Source: Cystobasidiomycetes sp. EMM_F5
Lineage: Eukaryota
Assembly: GCA_051047955.1 (NCBI GenBank)
Contig: JBPGPT010000014.1
Span: 372,001 to 422,609 of the forward strand
DNA length: 50,609 bases
Direction: 5' to 3'
Shown here: piece by piece, positions 12,251 to 25,603 of the stretch
Layout: each line of letters opens with the position of its first letter
How positions within the stretch are numbered: the stretch's first letter is position 1
Position numbers and translations under genes: made by a program
The notes under the pieces: model-generated
The model's input: the letters and a program-made list of their open reading frames with translations, nothing else
Told to the model about the DNA's origin: nothing
Databases searched by the model: none

Positions 12251-13165
12251 TTCATCTGAAGCTCGAGGGACGGAAGAACTCACCAGAGCTCGAAACTTGC
12301 GGAGAAGCTCATTATCGCAGCCGATTTGCTCTTACTTAGTCCAAGCAGCGGTAAAGAATTACAATTCAGCCCTCTATACTAATTATCTGTGGCTTGCGGT
12401 CGCATTCACTGCTCGAAGTATCAACATCGTGTTCAGCAAGAGAGTTGGCCATCCCGGCCGAGTTCAGCCTTCAGCCTCATGCCCAACTCCATGTATCACC
12501 CGCATCAATTAAAGGATTTTGAAAAGGTCCCTTCATGTTAGTTGACATGAGGAGAAAGTTCGCTCATAAGGAAATGGATGTCGCTGCTTGCTGCCTGTCT
12601 GACTATGGAAATGAGGAGACTGACACGCATTGGCTGCATATTAATATTCACGTTCGCAGTGCGCAATGATATGCTCAAACGCGGTGCTGCGAGAAAGTGT
12701 GGCCGGAATGCTGTGGGCACGTTTCTTGAGGTCTTCCGAAACCGTTGGCATTCAATGGCAGAGTGCGCAATACGTCATGCGCGGACAAACTCAGCGGGCA
12801 AATCCAGAAGATGGTGTAGTCAAACACCTCAGGCGGTGTACGACACGCACATCTCTGACACGCAGAAACGTGTGGATTGCCAAGCGGGTTCAATACCCGC
12901 CTCAGTTCGAGCAACTCACGCGTTCCAGTGTTTTTCTCATCACAAGTTCTGATCTCGCATCCCTTAGCTCAACTTACATCCTACTTGCAGGACGCATTCA
13001 TCCGTCCATAGATTGACCGTCACGACCCCTGAGCAGAAATGCCATCTGGTCTTGTCCGGGCTCGGAGTTGGTGGGTCACCGGGTACTGGTGACAGTCACA
13101 AGAAACACGCATATTGAAAGCGAGAGTTTTCCTCCAGGCATGCTCGGTCGCCTCGAGAACTAGCA

Positions 13166-14128
13166 ATGGACAGAGAATTGTACTTTCTCGAGTCGGATCA
13201 AGATCGCCGCAGAAGCGAAATCAAGCGGGACAGTCAGCGCTTATATCGACTTCAATCTGAAGCAGCAAGATTACAATGCGTTTCGGTCCACGGCTATGGT
13301 GGCTATGGAGGATATGGGGGCTATCGTCATCCTCATTACGAAGGCTACGGTGCCTTCGCTGCTGGCCTGCCAGATTTTGGCGCATACGGTGCACAGGACG
13401 TGTTCCTCTCCGGGCTAGCAAGAGAACGCCGTATCAGGGCAAATGCCATGCGAACCGCTCGGGCGCTAGACGTTGTCAATCTGCAGGAACGGGCGGAACA
13501 AAGGCAGATCTTGCAAGTAAGCACAACTTCTGGTATTGGTTCTTGCAACGAATAAAACATAACGGCGCACATTGTCTTCTACAGCTGCAAGACATGCAAC
13601 GTCGTCAACTCGCTAATCTTTCCTACGAAGCTGGATTGAGGGATTCCCTAGCCATGTCAGCAAGCCCGTACATCACGCAATTCGCGGCCACAACACCATA
13701 CTTGCGATCCATTGGTGTACGTCAAGCTATGATCATGTCAGAATGTATGCTCAAAGTATGATAACGTATTTAAACTCATACAGACCGATCCACTCTTCGA
13801 TGCGAGGTACCCGATTTTGCCGTCAGTACCAACGCATATTCCGGGCGCGCGAAACACGACGCCCCTTGCCGGTCTGTCCAGCATGACCCCGTTGGCGACG
13901 AGTCTGCCATATATTCCGGTGTCTACGCCGTACTCGTCGGGCCTACCTTATGCGCCTATTGGCACACCTTATACGTCTGGTCTGCCATACATCGGACCGG
14001 GTACGACACGTAGTCGGCCCTTAGGTAAGTGACAGAACCGTCAATTCGATGGTTGAAGGATACTGACGGGGCGTTGTCGAGCAGGCACACCTGCCATGGG
14101 ATTCTCTGATGCGGTACTTTTTCCTTGA
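13166..14128 (+). CDS. Hypothetical protein with GYG and LPY..TPY repeats, about 4 exons
   Basis: ORF fragments 13166-, 13584-, 13783- and 14085- join through GT-AG introns; GYGGYGGYGGY and 13-aa repeats LPYIPVSTPYSSG/LPYAPIGTPYTSG. Confidence 0.65.
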
Positions 14129-14327
14129 AAACGTTAATGTATGAACGACTTGAGCATGTGCTCTCGTTTGAAGTAGTGTAGCAGTCTGCGTCGAAAAATG
14201 ATAAGTGTAGCCATGGCATAGTATTTCAGATAATAATACGTGAGAAGTTAAGATCGTGACGTTTGGATTCGTATGAGACCGTATGAGCATTATGACGACA
14301 CTTGAAAGACCATTGAAGATTACACGG

Positions 14328-16325
14328 CTACCATTCTTCATCTTCGCTATCCGCTTCATCATCGCTATCCCCAGTACCTGCGCGCCTGACAGTCAGTGCA
14401 GCTGCCAGTGCGGCAGCGAGATTTCCTTGGTCTGCTCCTGGAGTAGCTAGCGGTACGTCTGGTGTTGGGGTCGCAGGCGCTCTTGGTGCACTTGCAGCCG
14501 GAGGTGGAGCATTTGGATCGACCTTCTTGAGCTGGCCAATTCCACCTGCAGATCGGATCGAAGCCAATAGATTCGTACGTCCATCTTGAGCGGGAGCTGG
14601 AGGCGCTCCACCCACAGGAGGAGGAGGAGGTGCTCGAGCGGCAGGGGGTGCTATTTCATCGGTGACAAGCTCGTGTTAGATTATTGACTTTATGATGCCT
14701 TTTTGGGATTACTCACCAGGCGGTCCTGGAGCTCGTCCGCCAGGTGCTATCATCAGAAGTATCAGGATATCAGCCACTTTTCATCGTCTCCACGAAGTAT
14801 ACTTACGCGGTGGCGGAGGCGCGGTAGGTGCGCGCCCTGCAGGCGGTGGAGCTGGGAAGGATAGTCATTGGTATGTCAACTTATCAATGCAGAGGAAGAC
14901 TACAATGCTTACGAGGAGCGGTTGGGGCGCGTCCCGCAGGAGGTGCTGAGAGTATGATTCCGGTTAGCGTGATATCAGATTGCTGATGCAAATTGCAGGG
15001 ATGCTCACGCGGTGGTGGTGGCGGGCCTGCACGACCTCCAGGGGGTGGGGCTATCAGAAGTGAGTCAGAACACTCAAACTTATATACACGTAGATGGGTG
15101 ACCTACGAGGCGGAGCAGAAGGTGCAGCAGGTGGTGCTCGTGACGGCGCTGATGCGGCAGCAGCAGGTGACGGTCCGGGCGGAGGAGGAGGGGCATGAGA
15201 TGGAGGAGGCGCACTATTTGCAGCCCCTCCGAGTACTGCCGCCAAGTCACCTCCGCCCGCATCAGCGTCTTGCAAGAAATCCTGAATGAATTGCTTGTTT
15301 TGCATAATTATATCCCTAGAGATGCCCATTGATTGCAATTGATCCAACAGAGCCTCCCATTCTGGATCGACATTATCCGTCGTGTATCCACCAGACTCAT
15401 TGTCCACGCCGACATGCGATATATGCTTGACTTCACTGGGATCTGATATTGAAGCGCGGTCAGACCCTCCAGAAGATCGATCGAACAGTCCGCTCAGGAA
15501 GCCACGCTTCTTGGTCTTCTCCTTGTCTTTGTCCTTGTCTTTATGGCGTGACAGACTCGGCGGTGAGAAATTGGGCAACGTGGGACTGCCGAACCCTGCA
15601 AACGAGGGCTTGCTTTTGGTCTTTTTGGCTATTGTTAATATGTTAGGTTCAGTCAGCAGTACACCGTAAGCAGGAGGAGGTGTATCCGACCAGCATATTT
15701 CCGTCTGTTCGCAATCTTCTTGCCCAGCTCTGATGCTTCGCTTTCGTCGGAGAAAGCTATCCCAATCATGCAATCCTGCGGTATTGCCGAAGTGTGAGCT
15801 TTGAGTTGGCAGTATCGAAGCTCGACTCACATCGCTGGCGAAGGAGTAAAAGAATGTTCGGTCTTGGTTAAAGTCCATTCCCTCGTAGAATTCGTGCTCC
15901 CAAATGACGCCCCGCGTGCCCTGCGTCATTTCATGATTCAGCCATGCACAGTCTCAGCCGGCGGATCACGAAGGAGTCCTACACCAAGGTCGACTACTCG
16001 AAGCCAGAAGCCGTTGTCTTGTGATCCAAAGACTAATGCGCCTTCTACTCCAGAGTACGACCATTCGTCCGGCTCCGGGTATGCATAGTAGATTCTCGCA
16101 ATAGCAGCTGCTACAATCTGAGCACGCAGTTGTGTGGTAAATGTCAGTATAGTCTTCCATTAGCATGTCCAATCAGTGTGTCGGCCTCGCAACCCCAGCA
16201 TAGCCCAGCCCAACTTGACAGCCCAGGGTCGCTACGGCACACTACTTTCCGCTCACCTTGCCCGACTGAATCGACCTTTTGATCTTGTCCTTCTCTTCGC
16301 TGTTGAGCGTACTGTGCGACGGCAT
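14328..16325 (-). CDS. WSP1: WASP/Las17 actin nucleation-promoting factor (WH1-CRIB-polyPro-WH2-C-A)
   Basis: WH1 (RIYYAYPEPDEWSYSG, GVIWEHEFYEGMDFNQDRTFFYSF), CRIB (ISDPSEVKHISHVG), WH2 (GRTNLLASIRSAGGIGQLKKV), acidic tail ending DEEW; start MPSHSTLNSEEKDKIK. Confidence 0.95.
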
Positions 16326-16548
16326 CACTTCGCGGTAACTCCAGTTGAAGTGACGGTGACCCAGTCGTCCAGTCTTGACGTAAAGTGTCGGTCTAGCTTG
16401 ACTTCAGGACAACTGATTCAAAGGGCTGCTACGGGCAATCAAGGCTGTAACAAGGTCTCTCCACGGCGTGCGGGCAACTATATCGACGTGCTTTCCGCCG
16501 CTGCATCGGAAATAGCTCTAGCTACATCCAGGATCAGTCGAAACAGCC

Positions 16549-17315
16549 ATGGCGCCCGCTGGTCTGCCCAAGCGCATCATCAAGGCAAGTCTGTCACTGT
16601 TTGTCAAACAGGTACACCGTGCTGATATATGTGCTCTACAGGAAACAGAGAGACTTGTCGCCGACTCCCCGCCGGGCATATCTGCCGTACCTCACGAGGA
16701 CAACCTCCGATACTTTGACGTAGTCATCGAAGGTCCCAATGAATCGCCGTTTGAAGGAGGAAAGTTCAAGCTCGAGTTGTTTCTGCCAGAAGAGTACCCC
16801 ATGGGAGCTCCGAAAGTCCGGTAAGCCAGTCGTTTATGCTAGCCCGCTATCATTCCCGAACTAAACGGCGATCACGGATGTACAGGTTTCTGACGAAGAT
16901 CTACCATCCTAATATTGGTAAGTTCCGAGTGGATATCACTTGCCTGCAGATTCTGATGTGAATTCCTGATGTCATCGAAATAGACAAGCTTGGACGGATA
17001 TGTCTCGACATTCTGAAAGGTTTGATTTACTCCACTAATGAAAATTATCGCGCCGTTCTGACTGCTCCTGAAATCTCGCCGCATAGACAAATGGTCGCCA
17101 GCTCTTCAAATTCGTACCGTATTACTCTCTATTCAAGCCCTGCTCTCCGCGCCCAATCCAGTGAGCATCGATCTCGCTGCATGTGTTACCTCCGGCTGAC
17201 TGTGAGATGTCCTTAGGATGATCCATTGAACAACGAGTGTGCGAATCATTACAAGGAAAATGAGAAGGATGCAGTCAGGGAATCGCGGGAATGGACACGA
17301 AAGTACGCCATCTAG
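16549..17315 (+). CDS. UBC13: Ubiquitin-conjugating enzyme E2 N
   Basis: [81 protein letters not shown]; first intron is GC-AG (16585-16641). Confidence 0.97.
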
Positions 17316-17680
17316 GCTGGATCAGAATGAAAGGACGCCCATGGCACGGTGCTTTTGTGACCGCTGTGGAATGTATCGCCAGATCCTGCTGTCTTGAGGT
17401 GAGACTGCGCATTCTCCGTTTGCTTTTTTTTGTGGACTCTCCCGTCCGTTTTCTTTCGTTGTATCGATGGCATGGCACAAAGTACGGCTTGGACCTCATC
17501 AAACAAAGTCTTGTCTCTGTCTTTCCCGACTATTGCCGTCTGTTTATCAAATCCAGGTCGACTGCCACGCGAGCAGGCTGCTTGCGCTTACGTCAGAATC
17601 GACGTAGCCAAACTGACTCTGCCTCTGCACAAAACTGGCTGGCTACTAATGTCTGATGTACTGATTGCTCTGATCCTATA

Positions 17681-20109
17681 ATGCTTTCCACCCGTGCTCG
17701 CACGCTCGAGCGATACATCTCGCCGTGCTGCAGCTGTCGTATCGGCCGGCGTGCCTTGACGACAGCGGTAGTCGCCACCAGGTCCAACTTCTTGCATAGC
17801 AGACCCAGGTCGCAGCGAGGCAGCCATGCAAGACTCTATCCGTCGCTGGTACATCGGCGGACTCTGTTTGGTTTGGGAGAGATAGTCGGGTGAGCACAGC
17901 TTGTCCGTAGTTCAGATGGCACGTTATCAGACTGATGTGCATTGCCGTCCGCTGTCTGCAATATCAGTGTACTCAGTAACGCAAGTGAAGCATCATTATT
18001 GAATGTCTATCGCAACACTGACTTGCGCCTCGTGTCGCAGCCAGCAGAAGTAGTGCGAAGTATGACCGAATCGAAGAAGTTATTGGAGGAAGCTCGTCAA
18101 GAATTGAAGGCAAGAGGATTGCCGCGTAGTCTTCTCATCACCGATTGACATTTCAGCAAATGTACAGGAGACGAAAGAGCGCAGTCAGTTGCCCCCAAAA
18201 CATACATTCTCCCCTCTGCCTGGCTTCTTTGAGCGAGACAAGGAGATGAAAGCGATAGAAAGGGCTCTGAGCGGCGTGCCTACATTCAACGTTCTATTCG
18301 GCGCATCGAGGTGTGTCGCGAATTTTGGTGTCAGCGAGATTGGACTAATCCCAAGACCCGATAGTGTCGGGAAAACAGCACTCTGTCGTCAAGTACTTAC
18401 ACAGCCTCATTTCCATGTGCTTCATTTCGACTTGTGAGCTCATCGACTACTTAGCCTCTGTTTCGCATCAGCAGCTGAAATCCTCCTACTTCAAGGCGGA
18501 TAGCAGGCTTTGCCGACTTGTCCAGCCTGTACTTTGCATTAGTATCTCAGGTCGAGCAGGTGAGAACATGGACAGAGTTGATGTACGTCATAGCTGACCA
18601 GCAAGGAAATACATTCAGTATTTCATTGAGCTATCGAAGAAACTGGAAGGATACGAGGATTTCGAGAAAGAGTCGTATACATTCAAAGTATCTTTCGTTT
18701 GAATGGTACTCAGACTGGTACAGCGACTGATGTTTGCACGCAGCATGATAGGCTGGCTATAGAGAAACGCGTCGACAAAGGCGGAGAGGTCAAGACCTCG
18801 GATGTCGCACACGTTCTGGAACTACTGTAAGTCATAATTTGGCGAGGTTTATATGGTGCTGATATACTCCACAATGCTAGACAAAGCGCCCTTTTGAAAT
18901 ACTGGAGCTTCGAACCGGCAAAAGCGGGGGATGAAAGTACCACCGGTACAGCAAACCAAGACAATACCAAGTCGACATTGCAGGATCGTGCCATTAACGT
19001 GGCTGAGAACAAGGAAAGCGCATCCAAACCTAACAAGCTTGATAAAGTGGACGCAGCAGCGCCGGTCCCGAGGGTCAGCCAAATAGAGACAGTACAATCT
19101 GAGCAGGAAGAAGGCGTCACACCAAAGAAGCTTGTGCCAGTCATCTTTATCGATGAAGCGCATCGGCTGCCCCTGCTGATTCGGGATCGGAAAGCCATGA
19201 AGTGCATCCTTGACGCAATGCTGGTGTTGACCAAACAGGTGTGCCCGTTGGGAGAATCCTGATGTGGGCCTAGCTAACGACTGTGATCGGCAGGATCGAC
19301 TCATTCATGTCATCCATGCGACTTCTGATCCCTTTTATATGCACTGGCTTCGCCAATTGAACGTGATGCAGCATTGTAAGATCATGTCTATTGGCGATGC
19401 TTCAAAGGAGGAAGCACATCGCTTCTTCAAAGAGCAGATCGTACCCGACGTTCCAGAGAATCTGCGCAAGAACTTGCACTTCGAAGAACTATTTGACGTC
19501 TTTGGCGGAAAGCTAGCGCACCTGTCCGACTACGCGGCAGACTATGTCTCATCTGATGGCAAATTACGACGTGCGTGCCACATATCTGATTGATCACACG
19601 TTCGGAGCTGACACTCTTTGCACGCGCTAATAGCCAAACAATCATCCCATTATGCTCAAGCCCATGCGCTGCTGAATTTACAGCTCATACACGCGTCACC
19701 CAGCCTCTCGGCTGGAGAAAGTGATGATACCGAAGGGCAAGCGGCGGGCTTTGGTATATACTCGCCTCTGACCAGCAGTGGTACCGACCAGTCTGCTCAG
19801 CAGAGTCACGACTTTACGCCTGAGCAATTATTGCTAGTATCACAACGCTTATTGGATAACACGGCCGTTCCATATTTCCCGCTTTGCCGAGAATTGGGTG
19901 CAAGAGCCGTTGATGGCCTGATCCGAGGCCGTATACTAGACCTGCGATGGGTTGACACTGTCACATCTGAATTTGAGGTCGAGCAGAACACGACAGGTAC
20001 AGGTCCCATCTTACTGCCCACCACGCCGGTGATTCGCGCAGCAATGCGGCAGGTAGTTGAAGAATGGAAAGGCTATTCATCTCAAGCGACACAAAGTCAG
20101 CAGGAATGA
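17681..20109 (+). CDS. Uncharacterised P-loop (AAA-like) ATPase with a probable mitochondrial presequence
   Basis: Walker A GASSVGKT (split by an intron) and Walker B VIFIDEAH; Arg/Ser-rich, almost acid-free N-terminus; many short introns, two of them GC-AG. Confidence 0.8.
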
Positions 20110-20260
20110 ATTGGTTTAGCAAGATTGACGATACCGTAAAATCATTTTTGACGCATGTACCGCAACCTCCTCCATGACGGGCCGATAATACACACATTCA
20201 CCACTCTCATTCTAGACGACGTTTACGATCTCCGTGTATTTGCTATCGTTAGTATATATC

Positions 20261-22203
20261 TTACGGAACCCACTCGAAGTCAATCTCGACTGATTGTATG
20301 CCTGACTGTTTCTTGAAGAAATCAATCTCGGTATGGTCCAGGGTGGCAGTGAAGGGTAGTCCGGATTTGCTCGACTCGCTCGAACATTCGAAAGAGGGTA
20401 TGAGCCACATGTATCCAAGCGAGCCCTGTATAGATAAGGCAGTCGCCTCAGCCATTGAAGGATACATATTCGCCTCATAGCATATCAAGCTCACGACGTC
20501 GGGTAGTACAGAGTGCTTTCGACCGGTGTGACCAATGAGGAATTTGATCTGCACTTCACGATCCGCATCTATCACTAGTTGGCGGATGCCGCCTGCTAGT
20601 ACGGGTTCGAGGTGTCGCACAAGCTGAAACACGTCTTGTCAGATCATTGGTCACAAGAATTGGCCGATATGACTCACATGGCTGTTGTCATTCGTATTCA
20701 ATCCTGTTGACTTGACATCCGTGCTGTCGTGATCCACCTCAGTAAGACTGCCCTGATTTTCAAACATCTTTTGTGTGTCATCCCAATCGTTGTCGTCCCA
20801 CTTGCTGTACGTGTTGTGCAAGTCGGCTAGTCGACTTTCGTCGACGACTACAGAAGGATCCGTCGCACGTCTGGCTTTCTTCTTTTCGAGCTGTTGCAGC
20901 TCGCGTAGCTCGAGTTCCCGCTTTTCCAGACCATCAATGAATTTAGTGTTGTACCGCGCAAGGTGAATGTTGATGGGTTGTTTTCCAATAATATTCGGAA
21001 AGCCGGGCATACGCTCCGGCATCTGCACTCGTATACCGATTACACGCACTTGTCGGCGGACCCGGTCCACTCGTGTCGGGTTAGGTGGGGCAAGCAGATC
21101 TAATGGACGCGGATCATCCATTGTCAATACGCGGGACCAATAGCCAACGAAGCGCCTTTGTGAAGGTATGGATACACCGCGAACAGCTTTCCTTTGAGTA
21201 CTCGAATTAGCTGGCGGAGGCGATTGAGCTCCTGAAGTAGATGTAGATGCATCCGGCTTTTGCGGCTTCATTCGCTGTGCAGTGTGCAGGTCGAATATGT
21301 GCTGCAGCTTCTCCGCCATGCCTTTCGCTTCCAGATCGGCCGTCCTGTCCGACATGTCTTTCTTTGTGGAAGTTCCCAGACTCGATTCGGCTGCTCCCCC
21401 GTCCTCTTGCTCATCTGCACTTTCACCGGCTTCGTCACCAGATACCGCCATCACGTCGACTAGATGCTTAATGCGCTCCTTGCCGGCTCGATGCCGTTGC
21501 TCGCCACGAAGTCCTGCCAGATCTAGACTGTGTGTCATGACAGTGGAGCAATGTCAGAATCACAGAAGTGATTGAGCATGTTATGTACCCACGCGGCACC
21601 ACCGCTTCTTTGTCTAGGAAGAGTATCTTTGTCGTGGTCGCTATCGTCCGAGTCGTATGGCGTTGAGTGTGAGTCTGAGTTGACTATTGTCGTGGGGGAT
21701 GCTTCCTGCATCAGACCGCGAGACAGGTTCTGCGGCAACTGCGGAGGCTGCGGAAGGGTCGGAAGTGATAGCAGGTAGCAGCAACACATTGTTCCACTCC
21801 TGCCCTTGCCCGCCTTGCAGTGTATGACTACGACGTTCTTTTCGTCCTCGGATAGCCAGTCGTGCATGCGGCGTGTGACGAGAGGAATCAGTGATAATGG
21901 CGGAGGGTGATGATCAGGAAAGGGAAATCTTGATACGCTATTGTCAAAGTAAGCGGCGTCGTACTCATTTTCAAAGCGGGGCACAAAGTTGAATATGCGA
22001 TAGTTGGACGTGCCATAGCGAGATCTGAGAAACTTGCGTACATCTGACCGGTCATTTCGATACAGAGAAGCGACTCCACTTGCTGGCCAGCCGCAGATGA
22101 GGATGCGGTCGGTAATGTAGCACAAGTCCAGCTCGCTGCCAGTGTCTGTTGTGAACCGCGCTTTCTTGCCCGACACGATACGGCGGATCTTGTTGAGCGA
22201 CAT
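20261..22203 (-). CDS. TEP1: PTEN/Tep1 phosphoinositide 3-phosphatase
   Basis: IRRIVSGKKARF, LDLCYITDRILICGWPA, FPFPDHHPPPL, catalytic IHCKAGKGRSG, GVSIPSQRRFVGYW; C2-like C-terminus. Confidence 0.94.
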
Positions 22204-22356
22204 GGGAAATGGAGAGATTGTCAAGTTGCAGACTAGGCGTCGTCAGTACATTGCAGCTTTTCTGTACATGGTTAGCTCGCAAAGAACCAGCGTTCAACCG
22301 GATTGATCGATGACATCGCGAGCCAAGTTCATTTGGTGGTCTTGCTCGTCAACGCA

Positions 22357-23687
22357 ATGAGCAATCCTGCACCATCCCTGCCATCACTGCTCTCGGCAGT
22401 ATCGTCGACATCGCTGTTTGCTGTCCATCCGCTGCCCGATACAAACGACCCGCTATTGCCTTTGCTCGCCCGACATGGCATGTCCAATTCGCGAAACCGG
22501 CAGCAGCTAGGCAAGCGCGAAGACACGGAAGCTACTCTGATTGTTGGTGGGACTCGCCTTTGTGTTTGTCTGGTCGAAGATTGCACAGACCAACGCTATT
22601 CACCGCTTGCAGGCTGAACATCGATGGAGACGCGTTGCAAACGATCTCGGAGACAGGATTGTCAGGAAAGGCCAGAATCCCGCGGCGCAAGACCTGCCGG
22701 CTGACATTCAGGATATTCTACGGGATTGGGAAACTCGCTTCCAGTGCCTGCGGAGGCTGCGCTTATACTCCATCCTCACGAGCGAATTCAAGGCATTGCA
22801 GGCTGTCCTACCTCCATTCTACGTTTCACACGCCAGCACGAGTATTCGCGAGATACGCACTTTCCACCAATGTATGCCCTTCGAATTGATACTGTTCTCT
22901 GCTGTCCTCCCTGCGTACCTCGGAAGCGGAGATAAGTATCCCGTCATTGCAGACTTGCAAGATATATTGGCAACATGCAGGTCAGAGCATCAGCGGTCAG
23001 GCGATGAGATGTGGGAAAAACACATAGTCACAGCCACCCTGGCACTTTCCGGCATTCTCGTTGGAATGGGCGAGCTTGTTCTCGCGCGCGACACTTTGCA
23101 GAGTCAGGCGAACGCAGAAGCCTCTTCCGCAATTCTGGAAGCGTTGATCTACGTTCAGCTAGAGATGGGCGATATCTCATCAGCTACTCAGACGTATGAG
23201 AGTCTACAAGCAACAGGCGGGGGATCAGATTCTCATGCCTATTTGGCGCTTCTCACTGCTCAAGGCAAATGGGCAGAAGCCCAAGCACTTGCTGGTCAGT
23301 TGGAGACTGCAGATCCTACGGACATCAGTGTAAGCCATCGTGTGACTTGTGTGACAGAATAATAAACTAAGTGCACGTCAAGGCTTCAAACGCTCGGGGT
23401 TTGTGCTCACTGTATTTGGCAGACACTGGTAAAGTAAGATGAGGTTATAATCCCGCGTTCTCGGCTAGCAGCCTGACAATCTGTTCAAGGCAATGAGCAC
23501 TTTTCAAACCATCAAGACTGCACGACCGGCACACTTCTTCAACAACGATACTGGCGTTCTGATTTCAAATTACAACACCCTTCTAGATCTTCGACCCGGC
23601 AATGCTCAGACCGTGCGGCTCGCATTACTCAAAGAAGCCGGTGTGCACGCTGGGGAAGGATTTCAGACGGAGATATTGCGTTTATGA
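22357..23687 (+). CDS. TPR protein, TRAPPC12/TTC15-like
   Basis: W..RFQCLRRLRL, PFELILFSAVLPAYLG and TPR helices (IYVQLEMGDISSA, AQGKWAEA); multi-exon. Family assigned from recalled motifs. Confidence 0.7.
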
Positions 23688-23798
23688 CGACGTGCTCTGG
23701 TTGCGTGGCTATAGCTATTGGAAGTTTCGATCACGGGCTGCTACTGCCCACAGATCTCGTTGTACTCCCACGTCTGCAGTACCAATCTGAAGCTGAAT

Positions 23799-25560
23799 AT
23801 GAGACGAGCACTACTGCAGACTGCTTCATCGCGGCCCCGGCAGCTTTCCCTGCCGCGACATCGATGGCTCGTCCGGCCATTGCCTGAAATTACGCCCAGG
23901 TCTACCGTGTCACCAGTCGCATTCAGCACATCTTCTCGCTGGCGGTATGCGGAACCTTCAAGCGAGAGCAGCGACTCAAAGAGTAATGGCGAAGGCAGCA
24001 GCGGAAAGAGCAGTTCAAGCGGAAAGAGCCGCGAAAAATCGAGCAGCAGCAGTGGTGGTGATACCGGACAAGCTGGCAGAAGTCCGTTTGCAGTGTTTGT
24101 GCAGACGTTGAAGGAGGAGCTGCAGAAGAGCAGAGAGTTGCAGGACAATGTCAAGCAGTTGCAGGGTCAAGCCGGTGCAGCCATGGACTCCGAAGCTGCA
24201 AAGAGGGCGAGGGCTCTGTACGAAAAGGCTAGAGTAGGCCGACTGTCTGTTGCACTCAGATGATTCTCTCTTGCTGATTCTGTGATCTATGTTATTCTGA
24301 TGTAATCACAGCTGAAGGCCAGTATTGAGAACAATCCTAAACTAAAAGCTGCTGCCCAAGCGCTGCAGAAGGGCGGAGGTGCAGTAAGCGACGCTGTCGC
24401 TGAGGCTGTTCGTTCTGTTGAGGAATCAAGTCTATACAAAGGCAGTCGGAATGCAGTATGTACCGCTTTACCTGCTAGTGTTCTATGCTCAAGCTGACTT
24501 TGTGGCTACTTAAACACAGGTCTATAAAGCAGGAACGGCTGTATACAATGCATCAGAGCCTATAAGACAGACGGAAACGTATAAAGTGGTTTCATCGGCT
24601 GTAGGAGAGGCTTTGGATGATGTGCAGGATAACACGCGATACGGTGGATTTCTGGAAAAAGAAGCTCGACGGAAACGGCGAGAGATGCGGCTGAAGAAGC
24701 TCGGGAAAGACGGGATGGCCAAACGTGTAGCGAGGGTGGCTGAAAATCCTGAGTACGTCCTGGCAATTACGGGTGACTTGCACTGAGCAGCTAATAGATG
24801 CTGTGTCGCAGAGCTGGTGAAAACGTTGTTCTACACGCGACCGCGTCGACAAGCGAAGCTACGTCGTCCAGTAGTTCTTTACGTGATCGGCTCCCGAAAC
24901 CTATTGCTAGTTGGTTGGCCAACGCTGGCGAATCCTATCGCGAATCGGACAATGCTTTTATATCAATGTCGCGAGGCTTCACAAATGGCCTTCACAGGTT
25001 TTTCATTGAAGAGAATGAGACCGCGAGAGTGGTACGGTGGATGAAGACGCTAGACCCAGACTTCCAGATGGAGATGTTTTTGCGGGAACTTCGAGAATAC
25101 ATCGTGCCTGAGATTGTCGACGCCCTGACCAGTGCCGATATAAAGACGCTGAAGCAATGGTGCTCGGAAGCGGTAGGGGCGTACCACGAGGTACACTTGA
25201 CATGGACTGACATGCGACCCTCACCAGACGTATAACGTTCTGACAGCTGCAATTCAGCCTTACATTCAAAAAGGCCTCGTTAGCGATTCACGAGTACTAG
25301 ACGTCAGAGGAGTCGACATTCAAGCTGTCAAGGTCTTGGAGAACGATGTGAACGTCTTTGTCGTTTCTTTTCGCACACAAGAAATCGTCACGTTCAGGGA
25401 TCCGAAAACTGGAGAGGTCGCTGTAGGTGACGAAAACCGCATCGAACAATGCGGTTACGTAGCCGTTATGACGCGGATAGAAGAAGAGCTGGATAACGAG
25501 GAGACGGGTGGATGGAAAATAATCGACATGGGGCGGCGGTCTCAAACTGCCTTTTTGTAG
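23799..25560 (+). CDS. TIM44: Mitochondrial import inner membrane translocase subunit Tim44
   Basis: Presequence; SPFAVFVQTLKEELQKSRELQDNVKQL, RYGGFLEKEARR, F.ENETARV...LDPDFQMEMFLRELREYIVPEI, LKQWCSEA, FRTQEI, TGGWKIIDM. Confidence 0.96.
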
Positions 25561-25603
25561 CATTTCTGTTCCGCGTAGCGTCACTGGTACAACAATCACC
25601 CCC

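Noticed and set aside
15410..15460. CRIB domain in a fungal WASP as a novelty
   Set aside because: Already known for basidiomycete Wsp1 (Cryptococcus), although absent from yeast Las17.
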